A DNA stretch of 64,000 bases from Phoronis australis. Its lineage: Eukaryota; Animalia; Phoronida. Both the position numbers and the translations under genes were made by a program. Shown here in pieces: positions 13,560 to 27,000 of this stretch (position 1 is its first letter; each line of letters begins with the position of its first letter). Under the pieces are notes generated by a model that was given only the letters and a program-made list of their open reading frames with translations, made no database searches and was not told where the DNA came from. The stretch is taken from the NCBI GenBank assembly GCA_002633005.1, contig NMRA01000065.1:1097276-1161275 (forward strand), in the 5' to 3' direction.

Positions 13560-14665
13560 AACAATGAAAGTGACTGGTTTGCAATTGCGCCCTCTACAGG
13601 AGAAAACGTTTTTAGCCCTATTTCGGGGTGCGCATGCGCCACGTCCAATATTTCCGCCATCTTTAACCGGAAGTCAACGATTTTCCGCACAATTGTAGCA
13701 CATGCGTTCTAATATATTCGTACCGATTTTCAGCCATGTAGGTCGAAAAATGCGGCCTCTACGAGTATTTGACTGTGAAATCGGATACAAAATGGCCGCC
13801 ACGTCTGCCATTTTGTATCCGATCATGACCAAAAACAATAGCGTTCCAGTGATTCTCGATCTACATGTTGTGTGTAAATTTCGTGAAAATCGGACCAGAA
13901 TTGCGACCTGTAGAGAGCGAACAAACAAAAAANNNNNNNNNNNNNNNNNNNNNNNNNNNNNNNNNNNNNNNNNNNNNNNNNNNNNNNNNNNNNNNNNNNN
14001 NNNNNNNNNNNNNNNNNNNNNNNNNNNNNNNNNNNNNNNNNNNNNNNNNNNNNNNNNNNNNNNNNNNNNNNNNNNNNNNNNNNNNNNNNNNNNNNNNNNN
14101 NNNNNNNNNNNNNNNNNNNNNNNNNNNNNNNNNNNNNNNNNNNNNNNNNNNNNNNNNNNNNNNNNNNNNNNNNNNNNNNNNNNNNNNNNNNNNNNNNNNN
14201 NNNNNNNNNNNNNNNNNNNNNNNNNNNNNNNNNNNNNNNNNNNNNNNNNNNNNNNNNNNNNNNNNNNNNNNNNNNNNNNNNNNNNNNNNNNNNNNNNNNN
14301 NNNNNNNNNNNNNNNNNNNNNNNNNNNNNNNNNNNNNNNNNNNNNNNNNNNNNNNNNNNNNNNNNNNNNNNNNNNNNNNNNNNNNNNNNNNNNNNNNNNN
14401 NNNNNNNNNNNNNNNNNNNNNNNNNNNNNNNNNNNNNNNNNNNNNNNNNNNNNNNNNNNNNNNNNNNNNNNNNNNNNNNNNNNNNNNNNNNNNNNNNNNN
14501 NNNNNNNNNNNNNNNNNNNNNNNNNNNNNNNNNNNNNNNNNNNNAAAAAAAAAAAAAAAAAAAAAAAAACTTGCTGTCAGAGCAACGTACTTGGCGGAAG
14601 AATTCCGCCAAGTAAAAAACTTGCTGTCAGAGCAACATACTTGGCGGAAGAATTCCGCCAAGTAA
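13560..14665 (+). mobile_element. Helentron/DINE-1-like non-autonomous element spanning the assembly gap
   Basis: Typical core TGTGTAAATTTCGTGAAAATCGGACC followed by AACAAACAAA into the gap. After the gap there is a duplicated 50-bp unit with a terminal hairpin TACTTGGCGGAA-GAA-TTCCGCCAAGTA. Confidence 0.55.
13933..14544. other. Assembly gap (612 N) flanked by A-runs
   Basis: N run in the sequence. Confidence 1.
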
Positions 14666-14935
14666 TTATGCTATTTTGGCCTAACATATGACATAAGCAA
14701 GAGCTACAATGGATGGGAGAAAATGTCAAAGCATCAGATACAAAAGGATAAGGTGGTGTTCAAAATTTTAGAATGCATAACTTGCACAGAAAGTCAACAA
14801 ACTTGCCACTTGGTTAAGTAGGTCAAATTTCCTAGTAAGCAAGGCTGGGCTATGATACAGACATATTTCCTGTTAGAGATTTGCTCAAGTAGATGCAACA
14901 TGTATGTTGGAGTCACATGTAGATGAACCTGAACC

Positions 14936-15017
14936 ATGAAGTTAAACACAGGACTCTTCCACCTGTTAACCACACTGTGGTGGCTATACTGGGGTCTGGG
15001 ACAAGCAACTGGTACAT
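14936..15017 (+). CDS. Gene 1 exon 1, signal peptide (MKLNTGLFHLLTTLWWLYWGLGQATGT)
   Basis: ACCATG start, hydrophobic core, small residues at the likely cleavage site, and a GTAAGT donor at 15018 in phase 1 matching the next exon. Confidence 0.75.
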
Positions 15018-18000
15018 GTAAGTTGGTGTAAATCCTTGAGAGTTTTAACAGTGTCCTGAATGAAACCTATACATGATAGTACATTCACAACACAACAGTT
15101 ATGCACCACATAGTTACACAGCATGGCTAGATTAATTCGCTCAAGGTTTGTTGATACACAAAGCTGGCAGCTCTAAGACAGTGCCCAGGTGGATCAGCCA
15201 GTCATGTCAGAGTAAGTGCTTGGAGGTTCTTTGTAATTTATAAGGTCGGAGTGTAAGTCACATTTGGCAGGTGGCACTACACAACTAAACCAGGCACGGG
15301 AAGAATGCCATTCACCCATTTCAGGATATGTTGGCATTTGTTTTCTAGAGAGGTCGAGTGGTGTTTTCAAATAGTTAAATAGCACCTTAAAATGAGGACT
15401 CCCTTACTTTCTGCAGTCAGTCACAAACTGGGTGTCCAAAATTTGATGGTTTGTTACAATCATTCATAGCATAATCAGACAGTTTAGCATGAACTGAGAT
15501 TGCAGGCAACCTTGGCTAACTAAATTGTACACTTGCAGGGACATCTTGGTATCCCTGCGCTTGGTTTGTTGTGAAACCTAGGTTAATTGCTGAGAATAAA
15601 GGGTATAATGGCTTTGGTTATAACCTTTCAAGTTCTCCAAATCAACCCAAAATTTGTAATTGTTGGGTCTTGCTGTGCATTATAATGAAAAACTTTAGTG
15701 TACATAATCAAGGTCAGGGTTTGTTGCTTAAACAGAGCCAGGGCAGCAATTAACTCACCTATTGAAGGCAATCGATGAGACCAATGATTTTATATTTTGC
15801 TATCATGTTAACAGTATCACACCTATCAAGATGTCCCATAGGTATTAACAGGTACAATTATTCACTCTAGTTTGGGACAGTAAAAATGAGTTACTTTGCT
15901 CAAGGCCAGAGTTTGTACCAAATTTTAGAAATAGGCAATTCTTGCTGTCTCAACACTGTGGCCATGGAAGATAAAATAGCTACCAGGTGTGAAATTGGAG
16001 AACAGAATTTATAGTATTAACATTTGAGGCAACTTGGAGGGCACCTTGACATTATTCTACCCCCCCAGAACTTGAAAAGTTCAAAAAACACATACTGTAT
16101 TCGCCCTAATAACCGCCCTGGGCACTTAGAAGAATTTGTTTCAGGGGGCGCTAATTGTAACCCAAGGCGGTTGACACCCAGTCTCCGAAACGGGTGAAAT
16201 TAGATAAAAAAATTCATCATATTTATAATCTGACGTACCTGTAACCTATGACAGACTTACTACAAAATTGTGGTGCATTGCTATCAAACTTTGTTGTTAA
16301 ATTACGATCATTTTACAGAAAATTGCAAGCAAATTACCTCAAATCCTCCTTCAGTTTTCCAAACAGCGTCCCTAAGATTTTTAAGTTGCCGTGGAATCGG
16401 GATAAAGGGCAGGTTAAGTCCAAATCTGTACTAGATTGTGCCATCTATGACCATAGGCCCACCTGGCAACACGAGAAAATCTCTGGACAAACACACATGT
16501 TGTTGTCACGTGACATTTCTTTTGAAGTTTGTTTGCCTGTGTGAGTAAGCGAGCGCTTGCGTGTCACCAGAGTTCAATTTCCAGAGTAAACGCTATCTAA
16601 CGAGCTGGATGTGTATTGTCTCTCAAAAAAATTAGCACAAGCAGTAAAGCAGAACCTGTTTTATTCAGCACTTGTCGGTCTCATATGCTAAAAACGTTTG
16701 ACATTTGTCTCGATAAGGCCCATATTAGTCGCCATGTGGCTGTATGCGTACGTGACTGTATGACAATTATATTTCGGTGTAAGGGTGTGTAAGCATTCAC
16801 TGTCAGTGGTCATTTTATCGGATATTTGGCTTTAAAAATACCAATTATGATTAATTAAAAAATCCCTCTTAAAAATAATGCAAATGTTTTCGATGGTATT
16901 AGAAACTTTCGGAAATTAGTGCCAAATTTCTTGCCGATGCTATAGATAGGTCCCGAAGATTAATGTCTGCGATGACAGGTGTGTAACACGTGCTTCCTGG
17001 CCACGTGGTTTTGACACCAATTTTTTATTAGTCTTCGATTCGCGGTTTTTACATGTACAAAGAAATTTGGAATCCTGTTGAGGTATAAGATATGGAATCT
17101 GTACAGTATAGATTCAATCCCGTTGACATGTACGCTGCGTTCTTTTTAGAGCACGGCGGAAGTTTGAAGTGTATAGTCATGGCTAAATACCGACATATAG
17201 CCGCGAGGCTAGTGATCTAGAAATTCAGCGCACAATGATTTTTACACGACTACCAGATTTTGTGGACAAATTACTGTGGAATTTTAGCGCTGTAAGTAAG
17301 GCATTTTTCGCACGTACACGTTCATGGGGTGGGCGCTTATTTCAGCAAAGTCTGAAAACACGTGAGGGGGCGCTTATAGGGGCATAGGCAGTTATCAGGG
17401 CAAATACGGTATCATTTTAATTAGGATTTCAGCTCATAATGCACTTCAAAATTACTTTACATATTTGTGCTACGAGGCTAATGCTTCATGTCCATGAGTC
17501 CTTTTTATAATGTTATCTCTCTTAAAGGGTGAGTGCTACAATTTCTCAGTTGTCCATTCCATCAAAAGTGGTGGAGTATTCTTAACTTGGCCATTTTCCA
17601 CACACAAGGTCGTGCCAAAGAAGCTGGTATTCTACAGATAACACAGTAAATTATACAAAACTGATGAAATATTTTAGAATTTCTGGTATGCAGTTAATGT
17701 TCTCTCTCTTAACCTCCATTCTGTTCCATAGAAATTCAGATTTTAAAGATGACAAAAATGACAATGACAGTTGGATTGTGACTGGACTCATGACTTGGGG
17801 GCACAGGTACAAGCATGCAGGTCAATGAACTGTGATGACTGTCATTATCCATACATCATGTGCAAGAGAAGATATTTCTTTGTAAACTAACTTCTCATTC
17901 AGTCCATTCAGTTCATTTAAAACCCTATTGAAATGCCCAACTTCATCGCTCAGTGTCAAAACCTAATGCACTGGGAGGCAATTAGAGGCGCCATAATGAG

Positions 18001-21000
18001 GACAATCGCAGCAATAATGAGCTGTGACTACCACGACTTGCAACTTTGCGCACGAGCACTCCACATTCCTGTCTACATCCTCTGCCTCCCTACCGTTTCT
18101 GAGCACATTCCTGTCTACATCTTCTGCCTCCCTACCGTTTCTGAGCACATTCCTGTCTACATCTTCTGCCTCCCTACCGTTTCTGAGCTGTGTGTGAAAA
18201 CGTCTGAAGACACTGATCACCTTGTACCATGTCACTTGCGCTGTGTCAAGGGACTATTCATCAGAAAATCAACAAAATCAATTTTAAAACCAATGTTAAC
18301 TAATAAACCAGATTGTTCAACTAACACATGATATCTGAAAGTAAAAGTAATAAATCCCCCAATATAAGCCTCATTGTAAACAACTACCAGGGCAACCCTT
18401 ACAATTACTATTGCTAGTAGTTAGGGATTTGGCTAAAGAAGGTGATAGGCATGCTGTGATGTTCCATACAGAATGCTGGGGTATGTGGTTAGATCTACTA
18501 TTGGGATCACAGGCATCAAGCACAATGAAAGTTGTTCTGAGCAGTTTATTGGGAGAGAAATAGATTATTTTGTGTCGACAGCATTGTCCTAGGAATTTAT
18601 TTCGCCTATCTGAACCCCCCCCTTTGGATTTGGAGGAATAATGCTACAAAGACAGTGTGATAGAGATATCGCATGCTATACCGAAAAACAAACATCTGGT
18701 AAATGTAATGACTGAGCAAGCACAGAGCTTCTAATATATAACTAATATTTCATGCTTAATACAATCTCAATGAAAGTTGTTTATTTCAAACACCCTTTGT
18801 AGGGACATGAAGTTGATTAACTAAACTCTAAGTGATCAACTGATTTGTAGGTAAAGACGAATGTCAATTTCAAAATAGAATTTAATACCAATGTTCGTCT
18901 TTTTACTTTACACTATTTTATCTACATTTTAACCGTTGGTAACAGCACGGCATTTCGACACCTATTTTAATTTAGGTTTACTTTGAATATTCTCAAGAAA
19001 AACAAATTGTTTATTTTCCTTTCAGGGAAAGACATATGCGCTGGACGGAAGGCATTGGTGGAGTGCTTTGGTTCTAACGAAGTACTTCTCATCAAAAATG
19101 TATTGTATGGAAAAAGGCCTAACTGTGAGAAAGGAGAAGGCTATTGTCTTGGAGCTGTAGATACTGATTATGCAAACAGTATTAAAGGGAAATGCAGTGG
19201 ACATCATCAATGTGAATTTCTAGTACGGACAGGTACAATAAAACCTGATAAAGGCAGTTGTCCAGGTGCTACAAAGACAACTGAAAGTAACTATATGACT
19301 GTTCAATATGAATGCGTATCAGGTAAGATAACTGCCAAGACTGACAGCTCTAGTAAGTCATCTTTATATTGCAAATCATTGGATTTAGACGATTGTGTGA
19401 TGCTCTCATATTTGTTTTTTTCTGTAACTGAGACACCTATATGTGAAAATAATGCAGACATTTGTACAGTATGGCAACTCGTCATCAGATGTCTCTGCAT
19501 GTGCTAGTCCACCCTCTTGCCATGGCAACTCCCATCTATCCTCTCCTCCACCATAATGCAATTTTTTTCCCCATTCACACGCACATACACACTTGTGGCG
19601 GGGGTCATTTACAACTAAAAAATAAACTGCCTCAAAATAAAAGTACTGCAGGGGCCATCTATTATTAAAATCTTCAAATTTTAGATTACCGTAAAATAAG
19701 TATTTTTCAATTTTGGAATACTCAAACACTTCCCTTTTAAAGTAAGTCAAACTGGGAGTCGTGTTTTTAAGACGCTGCCAATAAATATGAGATTTTCCTA
19801 GACAAATAATTAGAATATTTACATTTTGTCTTTTCAAAAATACATCTAAATTTGAACTCTCTAATGAGCTTCCGGTTTTGTTAATAATCCAATCACCAAT
19901 TGAAATCCAGAAAGACCTTGTTAAACCACAGTAATACAGATGGGCAACATCCTGTGGCACTTTTTTATAAAATGTGCAGATCTGTATGTTTAACTCTTAC
20001 GTAAATATAAGTTTGTGGGTGTTAAACGATGTATGAGTGTGATTTGTTGAAATATATACATATGTCCATAGGCCCAAAGTATAACATGCACAAGAAAGCA
20101 CATTGCCAGGGGCATTACAAACTGGATAATAAATTGTGACGCTTGAGAGCATATGGACGAATTTTAGAAGTAAGGTATCCGGAGTTCGCATGAGAGATTC
20201 AATTTAGGTGTCGTGGGAGAATGAAAAAACGATCACTTAAGTACTTAACCCTCAGGTCTTGGTACGCACTGCAAACTAACACAAGGTGGTATTCATTCTC
20301 TACACATCTCGAATTTCACAACCTATTTTCATAGGGAATCTTTGTGAGGCGACCGCTTTCCACCAGTAACGAATGATTTGAACATCGCAATCGAGTCAGA
20401 GACTGGATAAAAACATGTGGGATACTAAGTATTTCTAAATAATTCTCAAGACAATACATTGTTTTGTACCTCACATAGTAAGGCAGTTTTGTGTTACATT
20501 CGATATCTGATTGCCTAAGCCTTGCAAATAACAGTCGTTGACAAGTTGAGAAAAAACTGTCAAGAAATACACTTGGTTTACCACACCCTGATAAATCCAT
20601 ACCTCTGAAAAACCATACACAGACAGAAGTTTCCTTACAAAACTTGCCCAACTATAAGAAGATTTTCCGATCAGGTCTAACTGAAAAAGCATATCATAAA
20701 CTGCCTTTACCACGCGATTACTAAGCATCTCCAGTATTTTGAACCAGTATTTTATACAGGATACAAAATATTTAGTAAACAACGGGAATCGACCACATTC
20801 TCCCATAATTGCCGAGTTTGAACAACAACTGCCTGCTACTAAAAGGCGTTTAAAAACTTGATATGTACATTTTCCACTAGTTCATATTCCATTACGCCCC
20901 ATATCTCAGCACCGTAACACAGAGAGGGGTAAACCATTTTATCGAACAAGTGAAAGGCTATTGATGGAGGTAGATCACATCTTCGCTTTAATTTACAAGT

Positions 21001-24000
21001 TGCAGAGGCAGCTTTATTTGCTTGACTAGATAAGGCTTTAATGGCTTTGGTCCACGAAACTTTTGGAGTAATAAGAAGTCCAAGGTATTTGTAATGAGGC
21101 ACCACATCAACCAAATTCAATTGTAAAACGATTTCTCATATCATCTAAGGTGACCCTTAAACCAACATTTCTGAAAACGGCCACCTTGGTTTCCTTCAAG
21201 TTTACTTATGAATCTGAAACCATCTCAATCTAGTGTCACTAGTAAATTGTAAAGAATAAGAATACACATTTCACCACCAATCAGGAGTTGCATCAATACC
21301 AAGGTCAGTTTCCCACTTACATTCACTGTGTTGGCTTTGTATGAATAGATTTAATTAAATGATATGGTTGTTTTTTCGCTAAACTTACAAATACAACTGG
21401 CATATTTGGGAGACTAACATTAAAAGACATTGCCTGTGATCCTTTTCTCAAATTACAAATTGCCTTCTTGAGACCATAAAACAAAGTGAAAGGAGGAGAA
21501 AAGCCATACCTAATACAAAAGAACTTATAAGTCATAAATGTTCAATCAATATCTAGCAAGTTACAAACATGAGTAATACCTCATTTAAACCACTGGCTAT
21601 AAAATATTACATTGTTATCCACTAACATGTTACTATTATACCAGATTGGAATGTAAGGGAAGTCAGCAGCATACAAACATATAATTTAAGCTAAATAAGT
21701 AAAGACCTCAGACCAAAATACATTCTTAATATCTTCTGCTATAAAACGCATTTCTAAAAAGTAAATAGTTACACGATCTCATGGTGACGGCAGAGCCATA
21801 AAAAGATGAATTAATTTCGGTAAGAGAAGTAATTTTATGACAGACATTTTGCCAAGACGAATTGGTGCTCTTCTCGACGAGGTTGCCAAGTCTTTTTGAA
21901 TTTTTCGGATTTTCCGAGTGTAATTAAAATCAGGAATCTCGGATAGATTGATGCTGAAGTTTATTACCAAAAACATAAATTGACCTAAAGGCTATTAGAG
22001 ATTAACCTCTGGACATAGATGGTTGTTACTCAGTTTTCTAGCATCAATCCATATGCAACGAGATTTGTCCATATTAGGTTTCAGTCCCAAAAACTACAAT
22101 TTGCATTCCCTTTGTATTCTTAAAAATGAAAACAAACGTCTTGATTTTTGGACAGCAATTATCTTAATGGCATCAGCTTGATTGAAACCCATGAAATTAC
22201 ATTATCCATTGAACAGAAACTTGAGGTTTTCCCAAGAATTTCGACCATTCTGAGCAAGTTGTGTTATGACCATTTCTTACCCACCCTCTCTTCCATCAAG
22301 ATCAACCCACTTACTGCCCAACCATGTCCCACCCATTCCTACACCATGCTCCACCCGCCCACTCATGTCAGACTTGGCAGTGAAAAGTCACTTTTACACG
22401 CGAGACAGATGTCACGTGCAAACTGGATCAGCATGGCTCATTTACACAAACACTGCCTGTCAATGCTCACATAAACAATAGTGAACATCCAAACCATGTG
22501 AAATGTCAGCGGATAACTCTATATACGCTATTGCGCAACCTCATTGAAAGATGATTCCTTTCCCCGTGCCCCAGTTGTGTTCAGATGAGTTGTTGAAAGT
22601 GGAACAAAGTAGCTACTTTCCAGTTTTCTATTGGCTGTCGTACTTTCCTGCATATTTACAAGGAATGATTGAACAATTGTTTATCACATGGAACTTTTTC
22701 GTCTTATAAACATGAATGTTTGTAAGCGCCATATTTGGCAACATGCTTATTGTATCTATCATTCGTTTATGAGTCAAGTTTATTACAGATTGGAAATTTT
22801 TGTTAAAATGGGGAGAAAACGATTCTTGAAACACGGTTTTGGATAGAGAATGAAGAGCAGAAAGTAGCCCAGTTGTGTTCTTAGCTATATGAAACAAGCT
22901 TAATAAAGTATTCATTAAACGTTTTGAGACACATTATTAGGCCATCACTTTTTGTCAATTCTCATCATTTTAGTGGGCCAAAACCCACGGAACTTCAATT
23001 TGCATTTTTTCCATGTTTATTTTATGTAATGACGTAAAATTTGTATAAGCCATATTATTCTCATTTCCAGATACCACGTTAATGGATGTTTGTTCAGTTA
23101 CCACAACAACAAGAATAAAAGCCAACTTTGTTAGCCCTGGATTTCCATCCCAGATCAACACAACCAGCAGACCTTCAGAGTGTAGCTGCATCTTAAATAC
23201 AAGGGCTGCAAAAGGTTTTTACTTTTATGTCTACAGTTACTTCACACCTGAGGACTGCAATATTGGTGAACAGTTACTGACAATAACTAACAAAGACAGA
23301 GCTGAGGAATATTCTTATCCTTGTTCTCAACTGACAGACACTACTGCAAAGTATTTGTCCAAGACTAAAAACATACACATCAAATTCACATCAAGCATTA
23401 ACAGAGGACGGTTTTGGTTTCTTATCCGAGGTATGTTATTTTATTTCTTTGAGTTGGTCACACATTTCACAGTTTGCTAATTGTCTTCATTAAAGCACTG
23501 ATAATTGCTCACCATCAGCCTGAGACGCCTAGCGTGGAACAGAACACTTGTTATGCAACAACAACAATTTACCCCCAAAAATGTAAATCAAAACGCCTGG
23601 AACTTACTTGGAATATTTTCCTGTGCTTCAAATTGGACGCAAAAAATAAAATCTGCCACTAAACAATACAGTGGTATTCGCATCCATCCAGAATCAATGC
23701 CAGCCAAGCGCTATAATGTCCCTCGAATTTCATGATGATCCTTGTAACCATTTGGCTGAGACTAGATGCAAAAAATATAACCAAAATACTAACGTTTCCA
23801 AAATACATGTAGCTGTAGTAGGTTGAGTGGAAAAAATTATGAGTAGCATCACATTCATAATAGAATACATCCATCAAATTTCGTAAAATTTTAGCAAGAA
23901 GTACATATAAAGGCAAATGGAAAAACTTAAATTGCCCTCTAGTGGTAATCAGATCTGACCAAAATTGTGGTCATCCATCTTCAATTTCATAGGAACACGT

Positions 24001-27000
24001 CTGTCAAACTTCATGATAATCTTAATAAGGACATTTAGCAGCAGTTGTTTAAACCAATAGGAGACAAGTTGAGAATGAGAGGGTAGAAGCTAAATCACTG
24101 ATGAACGAGTCTCTTGCCCGCCAACACCTGCAGATACTGAATCATTCAAAAGACCTGGTAGTTGCAGATAAGTCAGAGAATGAGGGGACAGTCACACAAA
24201 TTTTAACAAAAACTTAAGGATAACTCCAACCTTATTCACAAAAATTGGCCATTTTTACAATATTTCACGTGTCTAGCAAAATACCTTATCTTCACTTTCG
24301 GTGAACTTAAATACAAAATATATACCGCATAGCGAGAAAAAAAGATTTAGCAGAACCACCTTGGAAGGGCACAATCCCGTGGATATTTGTTTACTACTTA
24401 TCCAAGGTCAGGTACAGAACAGCTTTGTATACCCTCTGTCCTTTCATTCACAAAGTTGCCGTAACATCTAGTCAATGAAGTACACTCATGATAGAATGGT
24501 GCTGGGGGAAAACAAAGACGTAGTTTTGATTCTAAGGGAGTTGTGCGTCTACATGCATACGACCGTTGGCACTGAGAACGAATGTTACGAGTCACCTCAG
24601 GCCTCTGTGGTCATGAGCACAACAAGTTCTGAAAAGAGATAAACTCTCACCCTAATTCCTTCATTCAATTAATAAATTGACATTTCGATGTTTCGATCTC
24701 ATGCTAACAACATGCTTTAAAATCACTGATTCGATTTTTGTTATCAGTCTCCCAGCACATGACGTGTAAGAGGCTATGTGTATAACAGTGAACTGTGACC
24801 TACTTAGAAAGTACCGTATTCGCCGTAATAACCGCTATGCCCCTATTAGGGTCCCCCACGCGTTTTCAGACTTTGCTAAAATAAGCGCCCAGTCCATGAA
24901 CGTGTACGTGCGAAAAATACCTTACCTACATTCCTAAAATTCTACAGTAACGTCTTCAATTTATCAATAATATCTGACAGTCCTGAAAAAATCATTGTGC
25001 GCAGAATTTGTAGCCCACGAGTCTCGCCGTTATGTCAGTATTTAGCCGTGGCTATACACTTCAAACTTCCGCCATGCCTCAAAACAACAAAACTTCTGTT
25101 GATATTGCGAGGATCAACGGTCTGGCATTTCAGAACAAAAGTAGTGTACTTGTCTACGGGATTGCTTTGTAGATATTTCCCGCTTTCAACAGGAATCCAA
25201 ATTTCTTTGTGCACCTGAAAACCGCGAATCAAAGACTAACAAACAGCTTGGCCAGTGTTAAAAGCACGTGGCCAGGAAGCGCGCGCTACATACATGAACC
25301 TGTCATCAAAGGCATTAGTCGGGTAATATCCATTCATGAAACGGGTAGCATAACATCGGCAAGAAATGAATATTGGCATTAATTTTCGACAATTTCGCAT
25401 TCTATAAAAAAATTTTACGTTATTTTTAAAATGAATTGTTTGATTAACCATGATTGGTGTTTTTAAGCCAAAAATCCGATAAAATAACAATTGACAGTGA
25501 ATGCCTACACACCCTTACACCGAAAAACAACTCACGGTCAGATAGTCACATACGCATCCAGCCACACGGCGACTAATATGGGCCTTACTGAGACAAATGT
25601 TAAACATTTTTAGCGCATGACAGACCTGCAAGTGCTGAATGAATTAAACACACTCTGGTTTAGGCCTACTGCTTTTGCAAATTTCTTTAGATACAATGCG
25701 CATCTAGTTTGTTAGATTGCATGGCTCTGGCCAAAAGACGGTCTCTGCTCTGGCAAATGAACTCTGGTGACACGCACGCACTCGCTTACTCACAAATGCA
25801 GACAACTTCAAAACAAACGTCACGTGACAACAACATGTGTGTTCATCCAGACATTTTTCTCATGTTGCCGTTCATACATGTAGGTGGCACGATATCAGCA
25901 AAGATTTGTACTTAAACCTGCCGTGATCCCGGGAACTTAAAAATCTTAGAGACGCCAAACTTGGAAAACTTAAGGAGTATTTCAGGTAATTTGCTTGACT
26001 TGAAACTGTATTTTTATTCAAGCATTCAAGTCGCCATATCGACGATTGCGAGGCAGGCAGTCGGCGAGTTTTCGCTCTGGGATTTCAGCACAATTTCCAA
26101 TCTGTAAAATGATTGTAATTTAGCAGCAAAGTTTGATAGCAATGCACCACGGTTTTGTAGGAAGTCTTTCATAGATTACAGATAAGTCACAGAGTGTAAA
26201 TGTAATGAATCTTAGCTTGCGATTTCACCCGTTTTGGAGACCGGGTTTCAACGGCCTTGGGTTATAATAAGCGCCCCCCCTGGGCGCTTATTACGGCGAA
26301 TACGGTAGGTGGTAAACAACAGTAAAAGTTGGCTGAGAACAATAAGTCTGTTTGAGGCTTTGAGGATAATTAAGTTAATTACGCACTGCAAAACCAGTTG
26401 ACATTGTGAGTGAACGTTCAAATAGCTAACATAGTTAACGCTTATATAGGTTATGTGTACCGAAAACAAGTTTTCACCGAGAACCGAAGACTTTGAGACT
26501 TTCACTCGTCCCAGTTTAATCGGCATTTTCTCAGCTTCGACAAATCAACTTTATTTGAAATTAGGAACACTAGTTCTCGAAAACAGCTTGGTGGATTTCG
26601 CTGAAACTTTCCAAACTTAATATTCAGTCATCAATCTCAAAAACACTTTTAGGATTTTCAATATAAAGGCCTAGTTTTTGCGTAATGTGACAAAGACGAA
26701 TAAGACTTCAATTTTTTACAAAAATACCTTACATTTTGCGAGTTGATTTGTCATAGAAACCAAACGAACAGACTTTAGATTTTAGTAGAACAGACAGCTG
26801 GTTCACCAGATAATTCTTCATTCATTTCAAGCAGGCCTATTCAATGTAATTTGTTTCATAAAAATAGCCACTAGACTTGTTTTACATATCTGAGTGCCCA
26901 TATTAGTGGTTGACATGTACGTAGTATAATCATAACTCAGATATAAAACAACAGATTCATAGGCAACATTCCGCAGTTGGCAAGTGTGCTTTGTTTAGTC

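Noticed and set aside
13702-14691. Long ORFs of 262-329 aa
   Set aside because: Artefacts of translating through the N gap.
17933-18331. 132-aa ORF with three peptide repeats
   Set aside because: Caused by a 42-bp intronic tandem repeat; no domain features or fitting splice phases.
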